Assembly (NCBI GenBank): GCA_963781845.1
Contig: CAWAHN010000016.1
Location: 147,409 to 211,408, forward strand
From: an uncultured Chloroflexia bacterium
GTDB lineage: Bacteria > Chloroflexota > Limnocylindria > Limnocylindrales > CSP1-4
Direction of reading: 5' to 3'
Length of the DNA stretch: 64,000 nucleotides
Shown here one piece after another: positions 1 to 10,786 of the stretch (position 1 is the first letter of the stretch; each line of letters opens with the position of its first letter). A program made the position numbers and the translations under genes. Below the pieces are notes generated by a model. It ran no database searches and had not been told where the DNA came from. It worked only from the letters and a program-made list of their open reading frames with translations.

Positions 1-1182
1 ACCGTTGCTGCTGCTGTCCCACCTCGACGTGGTCCCGGCGCCGGCCGAGCGCTGGACCCACGACCCGTTCGCGGCGGACGTCGCCGACGGCTACGTCTGG
101 GGTCGCGGCGCGGTCGACATGAAGGGGATGGTCGCGATGGAGGTCGGGGTCCTGCGCCGGCTCGCGGCCGAGGCCGGGCGCGCCGGACGCGACCCCGCCG
201 ACCGACCCGATCCCGGGCCTGACCCGCGACGTCCTGTTCGCGTGCCACCGCCGACGAGGAGGCCGGTGGCGGGCACGGCGCCGGCTGGATCGTCGACCAT
301 CGCCCCGAGCTCCTCCAGGCGGCCGGCGCGCTCAACGAGTGCGGCGGCGTGTCGGTCGACTTCGGTGCGCATCGGTTCTACCCGATCGGGGTCGCCGAGA
401 AGGGCTATGTCGATTACCGGATCGTCGTCCGCGGGACCTGGGGACACGGCTCGATGCCGAGGGCCGGACAACGCCGCCGTCCGCGCTGCGGCGGTCGTCG
501 ACCCGGCTGGCGGAGCCGGGACCGACCCGCCTCGTCCCGGCCATGGCTCGCTTCTTCGAGACGGTGGCCGCCGAGATCGGCGGTCCGACCGGCGACCTCG
601 TCCGGCGGATCGCGTCCGCCGACGTCGCGACCAGCGAGACCGCGATCGCGCGAGGTCTGCCTCGACGAGATGTACGCGTCGGGCCGTCCGGGCCCTACTT
701 CGCGACACCGCCTCGCCCGAATGTCATCAAGGCCGGGGTCAAGTACAACGTCATCCCGGGCGTCGCCGAGATCGAGGTCGACTGCCGGACGCTGCCGGGG
801 ACCGACGAGGCGGCCATGACGGCCGAGCTCCGCCGCGCGGATCGGCGAGCGACCTGCTGGCCCACTGCGAGATCGAGGCGTTCCAGGTCGGCGCCGGCGG
901 TCGAGGCCTCCGCACGACACGGATCTGTACCGGATCCTGGAGACGACGCTGCGCGACCACGACCGGACGGGCATCCCCGTCCCGGTGCTGGCGCCGTTCG
1001 CCACGGATGCCAAGCACCTGGTCCGGCTCGGGGTCCCGACGTACGGCTTCTCCCCGCTCCGTCTCGAGCCGGGCGAACGGTTCCTCGAGCGGTTCCACGG
1101 GGTCGACGAGCGGGTCGGCCTCGATGCGCTCCGGTTCGGCCTGCCGGTCCTCTACGACGTCGTTCGGCGGTACTGCGGCTGA
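1..1182 (+). pseudogene. M20-family metallopeptidase (ArgE/DapE/CPG2-like), 5' end outside the window, multiple frame changes
   Basis: Opens with LLLSHLDVVPA..WTHDPF..GYVWGRGAVDMKGMVAMEV. Recognisable continuations lie in different frames: TADEEAGG, GVAEKGYVDYRIVVRGTWGHGSMPR, NVIKAGVKYNVIPGVAEIEVDCRTLPG, LAPFATDAKHLVRLGVPTYGFSP..FHGVDERV. At least six frame switches. Stop at 1180-1182. Confidence 0.6.
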
Positions 1183-1315
1183 GGCCTCGAGCTCGAGCAG
1201 GTCCCGGACATCCCGGTGACGCGCCGTCACCGGGTTCGATCGGCCGATGATCCACGGCCAACGACCCCGACTACGATGACTTGACCGCCGACCTATTCGG
1301 TGGAGGTGATCGACC

Positions 1316-3209
1316 ATGCCCACGCACCGGATCCTCGGGGTCCTCATCGCCGTCGCCTTCAGCGCCGCCCTGACCGGGTCGGTCGAGGCCGCCCCGCCGC
1401 CGCCCCGGGTGGCGGTCATCGTCGGACCGGCCGGTGACCTGACCGGGCTGTACCGCTCGATCGGGGCGGACGCGGCACGCGAGGCGCGGCGCTGGACGAG
1501 CGACGTGGTCACGGTGATGACACCCGACGCCACCTGGCCGGTGGTCAAGCGCGCGCTCCGCGGGGCGTCGGTCGTCGTCTACCTCGGTCACGGGAACGGG
1601 TTCCCGTCGCCGTACCGGAAGTCCCTCTATCCGCCGACCCAGGACGGACTCGGCCTGAATCCCGTCGCCGGCGGCGACGACACGTCCCACCAGTACTTCG
1701 GCGAGGCGTTCCTCGCACGCGAGGTCCGACTGGCTCCCGGCGCGGTCGTCCTCCTCCATCACCTGTGCTACGCGAGCGGCAACTCCGAGCCCGGCCTGCC
1801 CGAGGGATCGCTCGACGTCGCCCGCCAGCGTGTCGACAACTACGCCGCCGGATGGCTCGCGGCCGGGGCCGGCGCGGTGGTCGCCGACACGTTCGGGGCG
1901 CCGGGCCCCTACCTGAAGGCGCTGTTCGGGACGAACCAGACGATCGATCGGATCTGGCGCGATGCCCCGACCTTCCACGACCACGTCCTTTCCTTCCCGA
2001 GCATCCGGACGCACGGGGTACGACGCGACGATGGATCCGACCCGGGTCGACATCGGGGTTCAATCGCTCCTTGGTGACCCGGCCCGGACTGACCGCCGCC
2101 GACATGCGCGACGGAGCGGGCCGGGTCTCGACGCTCCCGGTGCGACCGGTCGGCCCCGTCGGCCCGCCCGTCGCCTCCCTGGCCTCCCTCGGCGTCGCCT
2201 TCCGGGCACCGACCCTGGCGCCGGCCTCGACCGACCTTCGAGGCTTGGTCGCCGGATCCCGGGCGACCCTCGAGTCTGCCGATCGCGATGCCGACCGGCG
2301 TCGCGCCTTCCGTCGAACCTCCAGCTCGGGCGTGCGATGGGATCCGATCGCGGTCGATCCGACGCTCGCGCACCGCCGCCCGCCGACCCGGGGTCGAGGC
2401 CGACCGCGGCGACCGACCGCCGACCGCGCACCGACGCCCGACCGCGACACCGAGCCCCGGTCGGCGCGGGCGTCCGATCCCCTCCCCCGAGCCCGAGCCC
2501 GAGCAGCGAGCCGACGCGACACCGCCGCCGGCGATCGAGCCGGTCGCGCCGAGGTCCTCGGCTCGGTCGTCACGACGGCACGAGCCAAGCTCGTCGAACG
2601 GGCGGCTCCGGGTGAGCGTCACGCTCCCCGCGGCCCCGGGACGCTATCGCCTGGTGACCACCGTCCACGGCGCGGATGGGATCGCCTTCGACGCCGCGAC
2701 CCAGGTCCTCGTGCCCGTCCTCACCGTTCGCGTCAGCCGACCCGTCTCGGCCGCCTACGGCGTCGACCCGACGCCTTCGCCTGGCGGCGGGCGCCACGGT
2801 CGCCCTGCCCGTCCGGGTGGCCAACGACGGTTCGCAGACCTGGGCGAACCCCGCCGTCGGCCCCGAGCCAGCCGATCGACCCGTCCGTCGTCCGCGCCCA
2901 CCCGACGCCCGGCTCGTCGGCCGCTGGATCCCGCTCGTTCGTCGGCGCCCGGCCTCGACGGTCTCCCTGACGTCGGCAGCCCGATCGACGCCGCGCCCGG
3001 CGCGGAGGTCACCGTCGACCTCGGGCTGATCGCCCCGACGGTCCCGGGCGACTACCTCCTCGCTGCTCGACGTCGACAGCCCACTCCACGGCTCGCTGGC
3101 CGCAGGCGGCGTTCCGTTCGGGCAGGTCCGCGTCTCGGTCGTCGCGGCGGCCGAGTCCCCGCTCCCCCAGCGCGACCCCGAGCCGGGCACTACTCCCGCG
3201 GCGCCTTGA
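1316..3209 (+). pseudogene. Secreted protein with a caspase-fold-like His/Cys N-domain and Ig-like (CARDB/NBR1-like) C-terminal repeats; several frame changes
   Basis: ATG at 1316 with a signal peptide (ILGVLIAVAFSAALTGSVEA). Contains YLGHGNG and LLHHLCYASGN. Later segments sit in other frames (APGRYRLVTTVHGADGIAFDAATQ, VALPVRVANDGSQTW, APGAEVTVDLGLIAPTVPGDYLL, GVPFGQVRVSVV). Last plausible stop at 3207-3209. Confidence 0.45.
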
Positions 3210-3792
3210 TCAGGCGCCCGCGGCGTGAGATCGCTCCGGTCGCGAGCGCAGCAACGCCCATCGCGATCAGCTTGCGCTCCGGCGGCGGCAGGGAACGGAC
3301 GGCCGACAGGAACTGATCGGCGCGACCTCGATCGACCACGCGGAGCAGGGCATGCCCGCGCTGGGTCAACCAGAGCGACCGCTGGCGTCGGTCCTCCTCC
3401 TCCTGGCGCCGCTCGACGAGGCGACGGCGGACGAGTCCGTCGACCAGGCGCGAGGTCGCCGACGGCGATCGCCCGAGGGCGTCGGCGAGATCGGCGACCG
3501 TCGTCGTCCCGGTGTCGGCGAGGACGTACAGCGCCGCCAGCTGGGTGAATCCGAGGCGGAGCTCCCCGAGCTGCCAGGCGAACCCGACGACGAGCTCGCG
3601 CCACAGCGCGCGCCCCATCGCGACCCGCTCGGAGATCTGGCGCGGGTTCTGGATCGACGTACCGGCGGCCTGGACCGGTCCGCTGAGCGCGGCCTCGAAG
3701 GTGCGCGCGATCGTCCGCTGGGACGCCGTGCGACGGACGAGCCGCGGCCCGGGTCGAGTGGACGGACGGGACGCGCCGGGTTCTGAGCTCAC
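3190..3792 (-). CDS. MarR-family transcriptional regulator
   Basis: Winged-HTH region LGFTQLAALYVLADTGTTTVADLADALGRSPSATSRLVDGLVRRRLVERRQEEEDRRQRSLWLTQRG. GTG at 3792 is chosen as the start and is uncertain. Divergent from fabD. Confidence 0.75.
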   Translation of the reverse strand: MSSEPGASRPSTRPGPRLVRRTASQRTIARTFEAALSGPVQAAGTSIQNPRQISERVAMGRALWRELVVGFAWQLGELRLGFTQLAALYVLADTGTTTVADLADALGRSPSATSRLVDGLVRRRLVERRQEEEDRRQRSLWLTQRGHALLRVVDRGRADQFLSAVRSLPPPERKLIAMGVAALATGAISRRGRLIKAPRE

Positions 3793-3822
3793 CCGGTGAG
3801 CGTACGCCGCCGGTCCCGATGC

Positions 3823-3836
3823 GTGCAACCTTGCAC
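3823..3836. promoter_or_regulatory. Palindrome GTGCAAccTTGCAC in the marR/fabD divergent intergenic region (candidate MarR operator)
   Basis: Perfect 6-2-6 inverted repeat. It is nested between the 9-bp inverted repeats GAGCGTACG (3798-3806) and CGTACGCTC (3867-3875). Confidence 0.35.
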
Positions 3837-3926
3837 ACGCCGGTCCGCACGAGGCGGCCGACTGGTCGTACGCTCCGGGCGAGCCGGCTCGCCGCCGGTG
3901 TCGCGCGTCCATGAAGCAGGAGCCCG

Positions 3927-4892
3927 ATGCCCACGTCCGCCTTCATCTTCCCCGGCCAGGGATCGCAGTCCGTCGGGATGGGCCGGTCCCTCGCCGCCGG
4001 GAGCCCAGCCGCCGCGACGGTCTTCGCCACCGCGGACGCGGCGCTCGGCGAACCGATCTCGACGCTGGCATGGGAGGGTCCGACCGAGGTCCTGGACCGG
4101 ACCGAGAACGCACAGCCCGCGCTCCTGGCGACGACGATCGCCTACCTGGCCGCCCTGCGCGAGCGCTGGACCGCGCTGGGAGTCGAGGCGCCCGCGCCCG
4201 CCTTCTACGCCGGCCATTCGATGGGTCAGTACAGCGCGATGGTCGCCGCCGGGGTCCTGTCGCTGCCCGACGGGCTCCGGCTCGTTCGCGAGCGGGGTCG
4301 CCTGATGCAGGCGTCGGGCGCCGGGCGCGAGGGCCGGATGGCCGCGATCATCGGGCTCGACGACGCTCGGCTCCCCGAGCTGGTCGACCGCGCGAGGACG
4401 CACGGCGTGTTCGAGGTGGCGAACCGGAACTCACCCGGCCAGGTGGTCGTGTCCGGCGAACGGGCCGCGGTCGAGGTCGCGCTGGCCGCGGCCCGCGAGC
4501 TCGGTGCGAAGCGGGCCATCGAGCTGCCGGTCTCGGTCGCGGCCCACTCCCCGCTGATGGCCGAGGCGGCGGACGGGATGCGCTCCGCCCTCGGCCCGGT
4601 CGCCTTCGCCGATCCGACGGCACCGCTGCTGGCCAACCGCGATGCGCGGCCGCTGACGACCGGCGAGGAGGCCCGCGCCGAGCTCGTCGAGCACCTTACC
4701 GCGGGCGTCGACTGGATCCGCGCCGTCGAGGCGATGGCCGCGGCCGGCGTTGATCGGTTCATCGAGATCGGACCCGGACGGGTGCTGACCGGCCTGGTCA
4801 AGCGCATCGTGCCCGACCTCGAAGCGATCGCCACCGACGCCCCGAACGCCCCCGACGGCCTGGCCGTGCCCGGCCTCGAGATCCCCGCCTGA
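3927..4892 (+). CDS. fabD: Malonyl-CoA:ACP transacylase
   Basis: FIFPGQGSQSVGMG at the N-terminus and the active-site motif GHSMGQYSA. 321 aa. Confidence 0.9.
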   Translation: MPTSAFIFPGQGSQSVGMGRSLAAGSPAAATVFATADAALGEPISTLAWEGPTEVLDRTENAQPALLATTIAYLAALRERWTALGVEAPAPAFYAGHSMGQYSAMVAAGVLSLPDGLRLVRERGRLMQASGAGREGRMAAIIGLDDARLPELVDRARTHGVFEVANRNSPGQVVVSGERAAVEVALAAARELGAKRAIELPVSVAAHSPLMAEAADGMRSALGPVAFADPTAPLLANRDARPLTTGEEARAELVEHLTAGVDWIRAVEAMAAAGVDRFIEIGPGRVLTGLVKRIVPDLEAIATDAPNAPDGLAVPGLEIPA

Positions 4893-4912
4893 CGCTGGAG
4901 GAGACCAAGCTC

Positions 4913-6175
4913 GTGCGTGCCCCAGATCACACTCGTCGCGTCGTCGTCACCGGCCTCGGCGTCATCAGCCCGGTCGGCAACGACAAGGCGACCGCCTGGT
5001 CCAACCTCCTGGCCGGCGTGTCCGGGATCCGCGAGATCACCAAGTTCGACGCGTCCGCCTACGACCAGCGCGCCGGCGGCGAGGTCCGCGACTTCGTCGC
5101 GACGGACTGGATGGACGCCAAGGCGGCTCGCCGCAGCGAGGCATCGCTCCACTACGGGGTCGCGGCCGCCAAGCAGGCCGTGGCCGACGCCGGCTTCGAG
5201 ATCACCGACGAGAACCGGACCGAGGTCGGGGTGGTGTTCGGGACCGGGGCCGGCGGCCAGTCGCTGATGATCGAGAACGTGAACGTGCTGCGCGAACGCG
5301 GGCCGCGCGGCGTGGCCCCGACGTTCATCGCCAACGCCCTGCCCGACTCGGCCTCCGGGATGATCGCCATCGAGACCGGCGCCATCGGTCACAACCTGTG
5401 CATCGTGTCGGCCTGCTCCACCGGCACCCACTGCGTGGCCGAGGCCGCCGAGGCGATCCGCCGCGGCGATTGCATCGCGATCATCTCCGGCTCGACCGAG
5501 ATGCCCCTGATCGAGGTCGGGCACGCCGGCTTCGCCAACATGCGCGGGCTCGGCGACCCGCGCCCGGGCGAGCCGCTCGGGACCGTGTCGCGCCCGTTCG
5601 ATCTGACCAGGAACGGCTTCGTGCTCGGCGAGGGGGCGGGCTCGCTGTTCCTCGAGGACCTCGAGCTGGCCAAGGCCCGCGGCGCGCGGATCTACGCCGA
5701 GGTCGTCGGCTACGGCTCGGCCGCCGACGGCTGGGACATGATCCAACCCATCGAGGGCGGCGCCGGGTCCGCGCGAGCGATGAAGATGGCGCTCGATCGA
5801 CGAGGCGTGCCGGCCGACGAGGTCGACCTGATCAACCCCCACGGGACCTCCACGCCGCTCGGCGATCGGCGCGAGGCCGAGGCGATCTGGGCGGTCTTCG
5901 GGGACCACACCCGGGACATCGAGATCAGCGCCACGAAGTCGATGACCGGCCACATGATGGGCGCGGCCGGCGCGTTCGAGGCGTTCGCGACGGTCATGTC
6001 CGTGGCCGAGCAGACGGTCCCCGCGACGCTCAACTACCGGGACCCGGACCCCGACTGCGACCTCAACATCGCGACCGAGACCCACGGTCGAGCGATCCGC
6101 TACGCGCTCTCGAACAACATCGGCCTGGGCGGCCACAATGGCGCAGTGATCTTCCGCCGCTACGACGGGGACTGA
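4913..6175 (+). CDS. fabF: Beta-ketoacyl-ACP synthase II (KAS II), copy 1
   Basis: VVVTGLGVISPVGN, active-site Cys in SACSTGTHC, then HGTSTPLGD and GHMMGAAG. GTG start 20 nt after the fabD stop. Confidence 0.9.
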   Translation: MRAPDHTRRVVVTGLGVISPVGNDKATAWSNLLAGVSGIREITKFDASAYDQRAGGEVRDFVATDWMDAKAARRSEASLHYGVAAAKQAVADAGFEITDENRTEVGVVFGTGAGGQSLMIENVNVLRERGPRGVAPTFIANALPDSASGMIAIETGAIGHNLCIVSACSTGTHCVAEAAEAIRRGDCIAIISGSTEMPLIEVGHAGFANMRGLGDPRPGEPLGTVSRPFDLTRNGFVLGEGAGSLFLEDLELAKARGARIYAEVVGYGSAADGWDMIQPIEGGAGSARAMKMALDRRGVPADEVDLINPHGTSTPLGDRREAEAIWAVFGDHTRDIEISATKSMTGHMMGAAGAFEAFATVMSVAEQTVPATLNYRDPDPDCDLNIATETHGRAIRYALSNNIGLGGHNGAVIFRRYDGD

Positions 6176-6226
6176 CGTGACGCGCTTCGCCATGTCGCCG
6201 TCCCCCGACCGTCCCTGAGGTATCCC

Positions 6227-7492
6227 GTGCGAAGTCAGGATCCTGCGCGCCGCGCCGTCATCACCGGGCTGGGCGCGGTGATGCCCATCGGCAACGACTT
6301 CCCGACGTACTGGGCGAACCTGCGGGCGGGCGTCACCGGGACCCGCCGGATCCAGAGCTTCGACGCCTCGGCCTTCGAGGTGCAGATCGCCGCCGAGGTC
6401 CTCGATTTCGATCCCGCCTCGGCCATGGACCCCAAGATGGCGCGCCGGATGAGCCGGTTCATCGCCTTCGCCATGGCGGCCGGCAAGGAGGCCATCGCGG
6501 ATGCGGGCATCGACTTCGAGGCGATGGACGAGGACCAGCGCGACCGGGTCGGGGTCGTGGTCAACACGGGCGGCGGCGGGATCGAGCAGATCATCCACGG
6601 GACGCAGGTCCACGACCAGCGTGGCCCACGCTTCGTGAGCCCGTTCGCCGTGCCGGCGCTGTCGGGGTCGATGGCCGGCTGCATGCTGTCGATGGAGCAC
6701 GGCCTGACCGGTCCGGTGATGACCCAGGTCGCCGCCTGTGCCTCCTCGGTCATCGCGTTCCACGACGCGCTCCGGCTGATCCAGAGCGGCGACTGTGACG
6801 TGGTCCTGACCGGGGGTTCGGAGGCACCCATCTGGCCGATGGGCGTGGCCGCGCTCGGCAACATGGGCGCCCTGTCCAAGCGCAACGACGACCCCGGGCA
6901 TGCCTCGCGACCGTTCGATCGGGATCGCGACGGCTTCGTCCTGGGCGAAGGGGGTGGGGTCGTCGTGGTCGAGTCGCTCGAGCACGCCCGGCGGCGCGGC
7001 GCCACGCCGATCGCCGAGATCATCGGCGGGGCGCTGACCGCCGACGCGTTCCACATCAGCGCTCCGGAGCCGACCGGGCGCGGCCAGGTCAAGGCGATGA
7101 CCGGGGCCCTGCGCAACTCGGGGGTGGCGGTCGACGAGATCGACTACATCGTGGCCCACGGCACGTCGACCTCGCTCAACGACGTGACCGAGACGCGCGC
7201 GATCAAGGGCGCCTTCGGCGACCAGGCCCGACGCGTCCAGATCAGCTCACCCAAGTCGATGATCGGGCACCTGGTCGGCGCGGCCGGGATCGCCAGCGTG
7301 CTGGCGGCCGTCGGGGCGATCCGCGACGGCATCATCCCGCCGACGGCGAACCTCGAGAACCCCGACGACGAGTGCGACCTCGACTACGTCCCGCTCGTCG
7401 CCCGGCCGGCGAACGTCGAGACCGTGATGGTGAACGGGTTCGGCTTCGGCGGCCAGAACGCCGTGGCGATCTTCCGGCGGGTCGTCGACTGA
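6227..7492 (+). CDS. fabF: Beta-ketoacyl-ACP synthase II (KAS II), copy 2 (kasA/kasB-like tandem paralog)
   Basis: VITGLGAVMPIGN, AACASSVIAF, AHGTSTSLND, GHLVGAAG. Confidence 0.9.
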   Translation: MRSQDPARRAVITGLGAVMPIGNDFPTYWANLRAGVTGTRRIQSFDASAFEVQIAAEVLDFDPASAMDPKMARRMSRFIAFAMAAGKEAIADAGIDFEAMDEDQRDRVGVVVNTGGGGIEQIIHGTQVHDQRGPRFVSPFAVPALSGSMAGCMLSMEHGLTGPVMTQVAACASSVIAFHDALRLIQSGDCDVVLTGGSEAPIWPMGVAALGNMGALSKRNDDPGHASRPFDRDRDGFVLGEGGGVVVVESLEHARRRGATPIAEIIGGALTADAFHISAPEPTGRGQVKAMTGALRNSGVAVDEIDYIVAHGTSTSLNDVTETRAIKGAFGDQARRVQISSPKSMIGHLVGAAGIASVLAAVGAIRDGIIPPTANLENPDDECDLDYVPLVARPANVETVMVNGFGFGGQNAVAIFRRVVD

Positions 7493-7648
7493 GCCACGAC
7501 CGGCACGGGACCGACGGTCGGCACGGGACCGACTGTCGCCCGGACGACAGGCGGCCTGTCTCTCCACCGGCTGACCGGCCACCGACGCGGGTCTACGGTT
7601 CGTCGTGACCTTCCCGACAGGGAGCAGGACCCCCGGAGGACCACCACG

Positions 7649-8326
7649 ATGACCGCCACGAGCAGCGCCGCCGACCAGACCTTCACCGTCGTCATCGATG
7701 ACGACGAGGCTCTGATGGCCGAGGGACGGATCCGTCGGATCGACGCCGGCCCGACCTGGGCGAAGCACCGTGTCCGGATCGTGCTCGATGACGACCAGGA
7801 CACGAGCGGGCACGCGAGCGCTTCGGACCTGGCGGTCAGCCTCCGGTTCGAGGACGACGTCGAGGGCCACGCCCTCAGCCTCCACTTCCCGAACGCCCAG
7901 AAGGCCGACGAGTTCCGCAAGCGGCTCCTGGCCGGCGGCGTCGTGGCCGGCGCGCTCATCGTCGGTGTGACCGCGGCGCAGCTGTCGGCCGGCGCCCCGA
8001 CCACATCGGTGGCGGCTCCCGCTCCGATCGTCGCCCCGGCGGCCGGGCCGATCGCACAACCCCTGACCAATCCGCGGATCCCGGCCACGGATCTGGCGCC
8101 GATCGCGGCACCGGTCGCGGCGCCGATCGCCGAGCCGGCGACCAACCCGCGGATCCCGGCCGAGGACCTGTCACCCATCGTGGCTCCGGTCGCGGCGCCG
8201 ATCGCCGAGCCGGCGACCAACCCGCGGATCCCGGCCGAGGATCTCGCACCGTCGAGCTCGAAGGTGGCCCCGGTCACCCCGGCGACGGCACCCACGGACT
8301 CCAGCCAGTTCCGACGCGGCAAGTAG
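7649..8326 (+). CDS. Single-pass membrane protein: N-domain with two D-x-[ES]-G-H motifs, one TM helix, Pro/Ala-rich 25-aa repeats
   Basis: GGAGGA lies 8 nt upstream of the ATG. Motifs DDQDTSGH and EDDVEGH. TM helix LLAGGVVAGALIVGVTAAQL. About three copies of APIAEPATNPRIPAEDLxPIxAPVA. Confidence 0.7.
   Translation: MTATSSAADQTFTVVIDDDEALMAEGRIRRIDAGPTWAKHRVRIVLDDDQDTSGHASASDLAVSLRFEDDVEGHALSLHFPNAQKADEFRKRLLAGGVVAGALIVGVTAAQLSAGAPTTSVAAPAPIVAPAAGPIAQPLTNPRIPATDLAPIAAPVAAPIAEPATNPRIPAEDLSPIVAPVAAPIAEPATNPRIPAEDLAPSSSKVAPVTPATAPTDSSQFRRGK
8030..8245 (+). repeat. 75-bp in-frame tandem repeat, about 2.8 copies
   Basis: CCGCGGATCCCGGCC recurs at 8072, 8147 and 8222, a period of 75 bp (25 codons). 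Confidence 0.85.
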
Positions 8327-8410
8327 TCCTGCGGCCCCGGGGAGACCCGGGCGCCCTTCGCTCCCAGCGGCGGACCGTCCTTCGGGACGGTCCGTTCGCG
8401 TCCGGTCCGA

Positions 8411-10771
8411 TCAGGCGGTCGTCCCGCCGAGGGTCCGTTCGGGGCGCGCGTCGAAGCCGCGCAGACGAAGCGAGTTGAGCACGACGCTGACGGACGACAA
8501 CGCCATCGCCCCCGCTGCCATCGCCGGGTCGAGCGTGATCCCGAACGCGGGGTAGAGGACCCCCATGGCCACCGGGATCAGCAGCACGTTGTAGCCGAAC
8601 GCCCAGAACAGGTTCTCGCGGATGACACGCATGGTCTGCCGCGACAGGGCGATCGACGACCCGACGAGGCGCGGGTCGCCGCCGACCAGCGTGACGTCCG
8701 AGGCCTCGATGGCGACGTCCGCCCCGGTCCCGATCGCGATGCCCAGATCGGCCTGAGCGAGGGCCGGGGCGTCGTTGATCCCGTCCCCGACCATGGCGAC
8801 CCGGCGCCCGACGATCTGGAGCGTCTCGATCGCCTCGGCCTTGCCACCGGGAAGGACGTCGGCCAGAACGCGGTCCGGGCGGATGCCGACCTGGCGCGCG
8901 ACGGCCTCGGCCGTGGCTCGCGCGTCCCCGCTGACGATCCATGCGTCGATCCCGCGGACGGCCAGGGCTCGGACCGCGTCGGCCGCTTCGGGACGGACCG
9001 GGTCCGCGATGACGATCAGGCCGGCCGCGCGACCGTCGACGCCGACGAACACCGACGTCCGCCCGTCGGCTTCGGCGCGGCCCCGCGGGTCGGCCAGCTC
9101 CGCCAGGTCGACCCCGTGATCGCTCATCAGCCGGGCGCTCCCGATGAGCACCTTGTGCGACCCGCCGGAGGGCGACCCCACGTCGCCCTGGACCCCGTAC
9201 CCGACCGATGCCTCGAAGCCGACGACGGTGCGGAACCCGAGCTCGCGCTCCCGACCCGCCGACAGGATCGCCGCGCCGACCGGGTGCTCGCTGCCCTTCT
9301 CGAGCGACGCGGCCAGGTCGAGCACCTCCGACTCGTCGAAGCCGGTCGCCGCCACGATCGACGCCAGCGCGGGACGCCCGAGCGTCAGCGTCCCCGTCTT
9401 GTCGAAGACGACGGTGTCGATCCGGCCGGCGGACTCGAGCGCCTCGCCGCCCCGGATGAGGATCCCCGCCTCCGCCCCGCGACCCGTCCCGACCATGATC
9501 GCGGTCGGCGTCGCCAGGCCCATCGCGCACGGGCAGGCGATGACCACGACCGTCACGAACGCGGTGAGGGCGTGGGTCACGCTCGGAGCGGGCCCGAGCG
9601 CGAGCCAGACGACGAAGGCGAGCGCGCCGAGGCCGAGGACGAGCGGGACGAACACCTCGCTGATGCGGTCGACCATCCGCTGGATCGGGGCCTTGCTGCC
9701 CTGAGCACGTCGGACCATGTCGACGATCCGGGCCAACGCGGTGTCCGCACCGACCCGGGTCACGCGGAAGACGAACGTCCCGGTCCGGTTCAGCGTCGCG
9801 CCGATGACCTCGTCCCCGATGACCTTGTCGACCGGCAGCGCCTCTCCGGTCAGCATCGACTCATCGACCGCCGACGACCCGTCGACGACGATCCCGTCGA
9901 TCGGGACCTTCTCACCCGGTCGGACTCGGACCAGATCGCCCGGTCGGAGCTCGGCCAGCTCGACGTCGAGGTCTCCGTCGGGCCCCACGCGACGGGCCGT
10001 CTTCGCCCCGAGGCTCACCAGGCTGCGGATGGCCCCGGCGGTCCGGCTCTTCGCCCGTGCCTCCAGCCACCGGCCGAGCAGGACGAGACCGATGATGATC
10101 GTCGACGAGTCGAAGTAGGTCACCGGATCGAGTCCGGCCGCGACGAAGACCTGCGGGAAGAGCGTCACGAACACGCTGAAGGCCCACGCGGCGCTCGTCC
10201 CGGCGACCACGAGGCTGTCCATGTTCGCCGAGCCGTGCCGGAGCGCCCGCCAGGCCGCCCGGTAGAAGACGCCACCGGCCCAGACCTGGATGAACGTCGC
10301 CGGGAACAGGACGACCAGATTGATGGTCTCCATCGGCACGGCCGTCTGGGGCCAGAACGTCACGAGCATGATCCCGAGGGCGACGGCGATCGACACCCCG
10401 GAGCGGATGGCCAGGGCACGCTGGGTCCGCGCCCGCTCGAGATCGTCGGCGGCCATGGTCGCGTCGACCGCCTCGATCGCCGCGTCCGCCGGCGCCTCGT
10501 CGGTGCCCGCCTTGAGGTCGTAGCCGGCAGCCTCGATCGCCCCGACCAGGTCGGCGCGCGATGCGACGTCGGGCAGATAGCGGATCGTGGCGACCTCGGT
10601 CGCCAGGTTGACCGCCGCGACCTCGACGCCTGGCGTCCGAGTGAGGAACCGCTCGATCCGGTTGACGCACGATGCACAGGTCATCCCGGCGATCGGCAGG
10701 GCGATCTCGATCGAACCCGCGGATCGCTCCACGTCGGCGGTGGGTAGGGTGGTCGGAGTCGAGGTCGACAT
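8411..10771 (-). CDS. copA: Copper-translocating P1B-type ATPase
   Basis: N-terminal HMA motif [12 protein letters not shown], the CPC motif in [18 protein letters not shown] and [10 protein letters not shown]. 786 aa. Confidence 0.92.
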   Translation of the reverse strand: MSTSTPTTLPTADVERSAGSIEIALPIAGMTCASCVNRIERFLTRTPGVEVAAVNLATEVATIRYLPDVASRADLVGAIEAAGYDLKAGTDEAPADAAIEAVDATMAADDLERARTQRALAIRSGVSIAVALGIMLVTFWPQTAVPMETINLVVLFPATFIQVWAGGVFYRAAWRALRHGSANMDSLVVAGTSAAWAFSVFVTLFPQVFVAAGLDPVTYFDSSTIIIGLVLLGRWLEARAKSRTAGAIRSLVSLGAKTARRVGPDGDLDVELAELRPGDLVRVRPGEKVPIDGIVVDGSSAVDESMLTGEALPVDKVIGDEVIGATLNRTGTFVFRVTRVGADTALARIVDMVRRAQGSKAPIQRMVDRISEVFVPLVLGLGALAFVVWLALGPAPSVTHALTAFVTVVVIACPCAMGLATPTAIMVGTGRGAEAGILIRGGEALESAGRIDTVVFDKTGTLTLGRPALASIVAATGFDESEVLDLAASLEKGSEHPVGAAILSAGRERELGFRTVVGFEASVGYGVQGDVGSPSGGSHKVLIGSARLMSDHGVDLAELADPRGRAEADGRTSVFVGVDGRAAGLIVIADPVRPEAADAVRALAVRGIDAWIVSGDARATAEAVARQVGIRPDRVLADVLPGGKAEAIETLQIVGRRVAMVGDGINDAPALAQADLGIAIGTGADVAIEASDVTLVGGDPRLVGSSIALSRQTMRVIRENLFWAFGYNVLLIPVAMGVLYPAFGITLDPAMAAGAMALSSVSVVLNSLRLRGFDARPERTLGGTTA

Positions 10772-10786
10772 ACTCCCAGGGAGTAT
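10770..10786. promoter_or_regulatory. Palindromic operator ATACTCCC-A-GGGAGTAT abutting the copA start codon
   Basis: Perfect 8-1-8 inverted repeat. The minus strand reads TATACTCCCTGGGAGTATG, a -10-like TATACT 10 nt before the ATG. Near-identical site at 51312-51328. Confidence 0.55.

Noticed and set aside
4226-7159. 977-aa ORF on the minus strand
   Set aside because: It is antisense to fabD and both KAS genes, which have clear catalytic motifs. The translation is Arg/Gly/Asp/Pro-rich low-complexity sequence typical of mirror ORFs in very GC-rich DNA.
8274-9530. 418-aa ORF on the minus strand overlapping copA out of frame
   Set aside because: It is an alternative frame of copA and is Arg/Gly-rich low-complexity sequence.
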